Assembly: GCA_965644495.1 (NCBI GenBank)
Contig: CBFFSA010000019.1
Span: forward strand, 1 to 64,000
Reading direction: 5' to 3'
Length of the DNA: 64,000 nucleotides
Source: Perkinsela sp. CCAP 1560/9
Lineage: Eukaryota; Protista; Euglenozoa: Kinetoplastea
The notes beneath the pieces are model-generated. The model was not told the origin of the DNA. It was given only the letters and a program-made list of their open reading frames with translations, and made no database searches. Positions 58,396 to 64,000 of the stretch are shown here, one piece after another. Made by a program: the position numbers and the translations under genes. Positions within the stretch are counted from its first letter, which is position 1. Each line of letters begins with the position of its first letter.

Positions 58396-60645
58396 CCGTT
58401 ACCCCCCCCTTACTTATCCAGGTACGCTACTTATCACAAAATCCCAAACCTTACTTATCCGCAAGGATAAGTAGCGTACCTGGACCTTGGCCTTTTTTCC
58501 GAACTTTTTTATTGTTTTAGATTTGAGGTAGCTGTACAATGCGTTGCTATTTTAAAGTATTTATCTATCTACAACTCTTGAATTCTTTTTTCTACAACTC
58601 ATCCTCCCTCTCTCTCTCTCTGAATGTCTGACTTGAATCGGCTGGTTTTTCATGCAGGGCAGGTCCGCAACGCACTCTTACCACAAGAGGCGGTTGTCGT
58701 AATTCCGGATCCGAATGCCGTAGTCAATGTTATCCCAAACGTTGAACTACTGGCCCATGCTCAAGTTGAACAAGACCGTCCACGGAAAAGTCGGGTCGAG
58801 CTTACTATCCAGCAGAAACTTAACATTTGTGCTGCAATAGAAGCTATGAAGCCCGAAGCAACGGTTGCCGCAGAGTTTCGCATCACTCCTTCCACGGTGC
58901 GAAAAATCATCCTGCAGAAGGAAGAGTGGATGAGGCTTGTGCGCCTTGGCCACGGAAGTTCCTATCAATTCCACCCCCGCGTCAGAATCAGGAATTGTAC
59001 ACTCAGGGTTCTCGCATGATTGGGGTCTTGCGTGACGCGCTCGTCGGGGTCACGAAATGGTCTCATAGAGAATGGGAAGGTAAAGTTCTGGCAGCGCTTT
59101 TGTCGATTTGCGAACGTTCGTCGCCGCTGTGTAAACGGTTGCACTCAACTCGTTCCGTCAGATGCTGATGAGCGGGTCAGAAACTTTCTCGAGATGCTTA
59201 CTCTGATGAACGTCGATCTTTCACTCTTTACTCTGTCATCCTCACGGGTGATGAGACCGGAGTAGTGTGGGAACTTGTAAGTAGTGTTACTATTGAACTT
59301 CGTGGGACGTGGCGGGTGCGAGTTCGCACAGCCGGAACGGAACGCCAAATGACGACAACATGTTTTGCGGCGCGCTCCGTTCGAGGCGCGGGTGGCGTTT
59401 GGGACCATACCATGCCCCCTCATCTCATCTGGCAGGCGCAGTCCTCCACAGGCCCCATCTCGGGAAATCAACGCGGCAGCTGTAACCGTTGTACTGCCAC
59501 CACAACTGCATCGGGGTGGACAAATGGCGACTCTTTTCTGGCATGGCTTCAAAGAGAGTTGTTAGACCATGCGCGTTATCCTCCGCGACAAACTTTACTG
59601 GTGATTGACCTCTATGCTGCTCATCGAACTCACAAAATTCTTTCTTACCTTCGTGAGCGAGAGGTTGATGTCTTGTTCATTCCTTCAGGTTGCACCTCGC
59701 TCATCCAACTCATGGATGATGCAGTCAACCGAGCGTTCAAGCACTATTACCGGGATAAATTTTCTACCTGACGTGCCTCTCAGAACGGGTTTCGCCGCCC
59801 CACGCGTCAGAAAATCACGCGTTTTGTCACTGAAGCGCTACAGTCCTTTCCTGCAGTAGAAGCCTATCGTGTGGAATTTGAACGCAAGCTCTCATCCCAC
59901 CTTCTACGAGTCGCAGAAACAATTTCCCCCCAACGGGTACAATCTCTACGTGGTAGTACCCTTGTGGTTGGCGCAACGCCTGCAGAAGCTGCTTTGGAGA
60001 CAGAAGTCGTCTCCAATGCTTTTCAGCAGCTTTCTTTCGGTGAGGAAGTGATTGATGCGGATACTGATCAATGAGCGCCCTCTTTGATATAAAATTGTGT
60101 GCACTCGGGCGTAATATGATAATTTTTATAATATGAGAATAGATTCAATTGAGGCATATCGAATATTTTTCGTTCGCTTTTACTCCTGGGTTGGTCGGAA
60201 TGTCATTCTATAAAAATATTATTCCTCATATTTTTCTGGTTTTTTTTCCATGCTTTTACATGCCATCAACAACCAGCAACGACTACACTTTTTCCCCCCG
60301 CTTATTTTTTGTCATGCAATTAGCACTACTTTTTTTCGTGTTCTATGATGTTGTTCTTATAATGTGCATGACATTCTCTTAGCCTTCATTTGTGTCACAC
60401 TCGCGTTGTTTTTTATGTACCTTGTATATTTCGATTACTTCTCTCTGTTTGTTGTACAACTTTGTTTTCTCTATGTTATTGTTTTCATTTATGGCAGGAC
60501 GCTTCCGAAAACCACTCACCAACCTAAGGTACACTACTCAGGCACGCTACTTATCCAGGTACGCTACTTATCCAGGCACGCTACTTATCACAAAATCACT
60601 GATTTTGGGGTCAAAATGCGGGATAAGTAAGGGGGGGGGTAACGG
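58396..60645 (+). mobile_element. Full-length pogo/Tigger-like transposon, frameshifted transposase
   Basis: TA|CCGTTACCCCCCCCTTACTTATCC...GGATAAGTAAGGGGGGGGGTAACGG|TA. CENP-B-type HTH (LTIQQKLNI..FRITPSTVRKI) and DDE_1 (SGWTN, LLVIDLYAAH, IPSGCTSLIQLMD). Confidence 0.92.
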
Positions 60646-60998
60646 TACTATGATAATTATTCGTCGTTTATTTCAAAGATAATCATTAAACAAAATATTT
60701 TTTCATGACATTGAGACATTTTTTAACGTCACTGTAAGTAGGGGGTGGTGAATTTACTATCTTTTTCTCAGAACTGAGAAAAAGGGAGTAGGGGGAGCGG
60801 TGACAATTATGTGTGCTGGGATAGTATCAACTTTAATTGTTAAGCAAAACTTTACTTGTTAAACTGAATGGGCTTTATTGGAGAAGGAAGACATGAAAAC
60901 GTGCACTGAAGAAAGACCAAAATTACTACTATTCAAAAATCAACTTCTTCGACAAAAAATAACTTTCTTTGCCAATTCTAAATACTTCTACTCAAAAT

Positions 60999-61716
60999 TC
61001 ATAGACGTAAAGGTGTATTGCTGCTGATACATTGTTGTGCATTCCTTCTTGGTACTCTTGCGATACGTACTGCTTTGATTTTTACTTGTTCTGTCGTAGC
61101 AAAACAAACATACGCACGTTTGAACTTCTCAATGATTGTGGCAAGTTTCACCTCACCAAAGAAAGCGTAATACTCAGTTAAGTACCTTTTCCTCATTTCC
61201 GACGGAAGATGCCCCACAATGATCGAGCGCTCGTCACGCTCTCCCAAAGCTGAACTCAAGTTCATCTCTGATTCGTGCAAGTCATCCCGCTTCCGCTTAA
61301 CATCTAATCTTCAGCGAAAAATCGCGTTCTTCGGTGGGAGCGTTCTCCGGATGAGTAGATATAGTGTATTGTCACACGTTGTGGTTCCATGGAACACGGA
61401 ACACCGTTGTAAGTATATACAATGGAATGGTATCTTCCGTTAAAGGTTCTTTTGTCACATCGGAACCCTACAAACCGGGAGATACCATTCCTGTTCTGTG
61501 GTGGTTTGACAAAGGTTCTTTCGCACATTCTGATCCGTCCTTTGCCTCTTCACCCTTGAATTGTCCGTTTCTCCTGTTAAAGCTCTCTTGTATTTGATAC
61601 CGGGGGTACTTTTTTCCCTGTGAATAATGTCTTTCGAATGCTGCGAAATTGTCGTTCCTCAAATAATGCAGCGGTATTTCATTGGAACACTGGCGATTAC
61701 TGGGCGGGCGTTTCAT
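60999..61716 (-). pseudogene. RRM-domain protein remnant
   Basis: SIIVGHLP (RNP2)...FGEV...RAYVCF (RNP1). The upstream part is fragmented. Confidence 0.6.
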
Positions 61717-62978
61717 AACGACTTGGCGCTCTGTTCAGCGCTTCCAGCCGCCCGATAATGAAAAATGTGTCGTTCGTTTATCTAATGTGTCGTTCGTTTA
61801 TGTGGGCAGTCTCTCATCATACATACGACTGTATGATATGTATGTATGATCCGGGGAGCGACACGTAAAACATAATGGTCGGCTTCCGTGGGGAGATGCA
61901 CTGTAGTTTCCATACGAAAAATGTTGTGGTCGAAACTGTTGAAGCCTCCGATTTCCTGAAAACGTTCAGTATCGGCTGCATATCTTTTCGCTCTCATTCA
62001 GTTGGTCAGTACGTATTGACGCGGAAGGGTGAAAAGGATAAAGTGAATGAAAAAGTGAAGGGTTCAATGTACAGGGTTCAATGTACGGTACGGTGAGAAC
62101 CCATTTTTGTGTCTCGTGTCGACTCTCGGTTACTACGCAGAAGCACAATCATAGACCGTTCATCAAGTACATGAATAAATACATGGTATTATTGGTATAC
62201 GGCCGTGATGGAGGCTTGAGCCTAAATTCCCGTTGTCGAGATTGATCTATCTGAACCTCAACCTCTCTGAGGTCTATTTCATTTTCATGAAGTCTTCCTC
62301 CAAAAATCAATAATGAGGTTCAATAATGAGGTCTATAGCTCCTTCGTGCTTTAGAATATTACAGCACCGTTCGACTGAACTTGGAACAGCTCTACCTTTC
62401 GCACATACTTTGTACTCTACGAATTTCGCTACCGTTGGAACTTTCTGTGCCAGGTACTATACAGAAGTAAATTCGCCCATTACCCATCGTGTCACACCGC
62501 CAAGCTTAGGAGTCTCACATGCACATGTCGTTTTCGCTTTCTCGAGTTCCTCCAAGATGTGGGGCACTAATATTGTGAGGGCTGTGTGCTTTTCTGTATG
62601 TGTTTTTTCCGAGCTCAGCGTGAAGTGAGACCGCGAGACGCGGGACGTAACGCTTTAACAGATAAAGCATTAAACATATAAATTTATGTCGCCTGAAGGA
62701 GTGGAGCTTATGGAACGTGTCATTGTGTTTAGTTTCTTCCCCCCTTTATTATGATTCGCCCCGCTTTAATGTGCACAAACTCCAAAACAGTGTGCATATT
62801 AAAGGGGGGGGCGCAGTACTGCGTTCCTCTTTATACATGTATGTTTATACATGTATGTTTGCTATTTTTGTTCACTTTTACTTCAATAAGCAAGGTTGGA
62901 GCTGTAGTTATAATTATTCGCAATAATTCCTCATGGGGGGGTGAATCTTCAACTTGGTTAATCAAGAACCCTTGCATA

Positions 62979-63788
62979 ATGTATGTTTTTTGCATTGATG
63001 ACGAATCCGATTTGCGTCGGGGTAAAGTGACCTCTCTGCTACTACCCCAAGAGGATATGTTGGAACGATTTATTTCGAACCTAACTAAAACGCATAAATC
63101 CTGGCGCACAACAACAAAACAAATGTTTGGACGTGTCAAACGTGTATCGGTATGCCAATGGCGGGGTGTGGCATGTCACAAAGATCAAACAGTGAGCCAA
63201 ATTGAATGGTTTTCAATGAAACTTTCTGGCACCTTACAGTGGGAGTTCTTGCCGTATACGTTGCAATGTTGTAACCTTGTCAATAACAGACTAGGCGGCT
63301 CTCTTCAACTTGACATATTGCCAGCACAACTTACATATTTAACACTATCGGTGAACACCTTTATCGGTGAGTTAAACTTAACCCAATTGCCAAACACATT
63401 GCACACACTTGAGTTGCGTGACAACCAATTTGAAGGAAGTGTTAATCTCACGAATCTGTGTTCTGCGTTGAAGTTTTTATACCTTCACGAAAATAAACTT
63501 TCTGGTGCCGTCGATCTTTCTCACCTGCCGAAGAATTTACAATACTTACAATTGTCCAGGAACAGACTTACAGGATCGCTTTCCTTGCAGCACTTACCTT
63601 CATCGCTGACGTATTTTCTTTCGGATCACAACTGTTTCTCCGGTTTAGTTGTGTTTGGCTGTCTTCCTGAAAACTTGCAGTTTTTGTCAATGAGCAACAA
63701 CGTGGGCCTTTACGGCGAGATTGATTCGTCTGTTCTTCCGAAGACTTTACAACTTGACTTCTGCAATACCAACATTCGCTATAAGTAA
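62979..63788 (+). CDS. LRR protein (subfamily 2)
   Basis: MYVFCIDDESDLRRGKVTSLLLPQE. Start chosen by paralog alignment. Confidence 0.93.
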   Translation: MYVFCIDDESDLRRGKVTSLLLPQEDMLERFISNLTKTHKSWRTTTKQMFGRVKRVSVCQWRGVACHKDQTVSQIEWFSMKLSGTLQWEFLPYTLQCCNLVNNRLGGSLQLDILPAQLTYLTLSVNTFIGELNLTQLPNTLHTLELRDNQFEGSVNLTNLCSALKFLYLHENKLSGAVDLSHLPKNLQYLQLSRNRLTGSLSLQHLPSSLTYFLSDHNCFSGLVVFGCLPENLQFLSMSNNVGLYGEIDSSVLPKTLQLDFCNTNIRYK

Positions 63789-64000
63789 AACAGTGAAAAA
63801 TATGAAAGTGAAAACGAAGAGCCATTTTCAGAACCCGACCACAAGGGTCTACTGATAGGAGTAGGGCGTTTTTCAACACTCTCACTCCCTCTACCCTCCC
63901 TAAATCCTCCAGTGCTCATTCTTCCAAACCTTTTTTTGTCCCAATACTTATTTTTATCTCTCTTCTTCATTTTTTTATCTCTCTTCTTCATGTTTTGAAT

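Overview
Eukaryotic, transposon-rich accessory region, most likely from a euglenozoan (kinetoplastid-like) protist. Three things support this: spliced-leader (SL)-like sequences, an intronless mitochondrion-targeted HslV, and all host genes lying on one strand. Host content is one HslV gene with a large low-complexity insertion and an array of about 11 leucine-rich-repeat (LRR) genes and pseudogenes sharing an N-terminal 'GKVxxxxLPQE' leader. The intergenic space is filled with decayed Tc1/IS630, pogo, Merlin/IS1595, hAT and IS30-like transposons, many MITEs, a tRNA-like SINE head, and RNase H, PIF1, SWIM and RRM fragments. Best candidates for novelty: (1) SL-headed non-coding elements with covarying hairpins and an internal anti-SL strand, inserted in LRR genes, plus an SL-headed zinc-finger ORF as a possible partner; (2) IS30-like elements with TIRs and CC target duplications in a eukaryote; (3) a pogo transposase carrying the LRR-family leader motif; (4) a hairpin-ended element family carrying variable cargo. 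All calls come from reading the sequence by eye; no searches were run.
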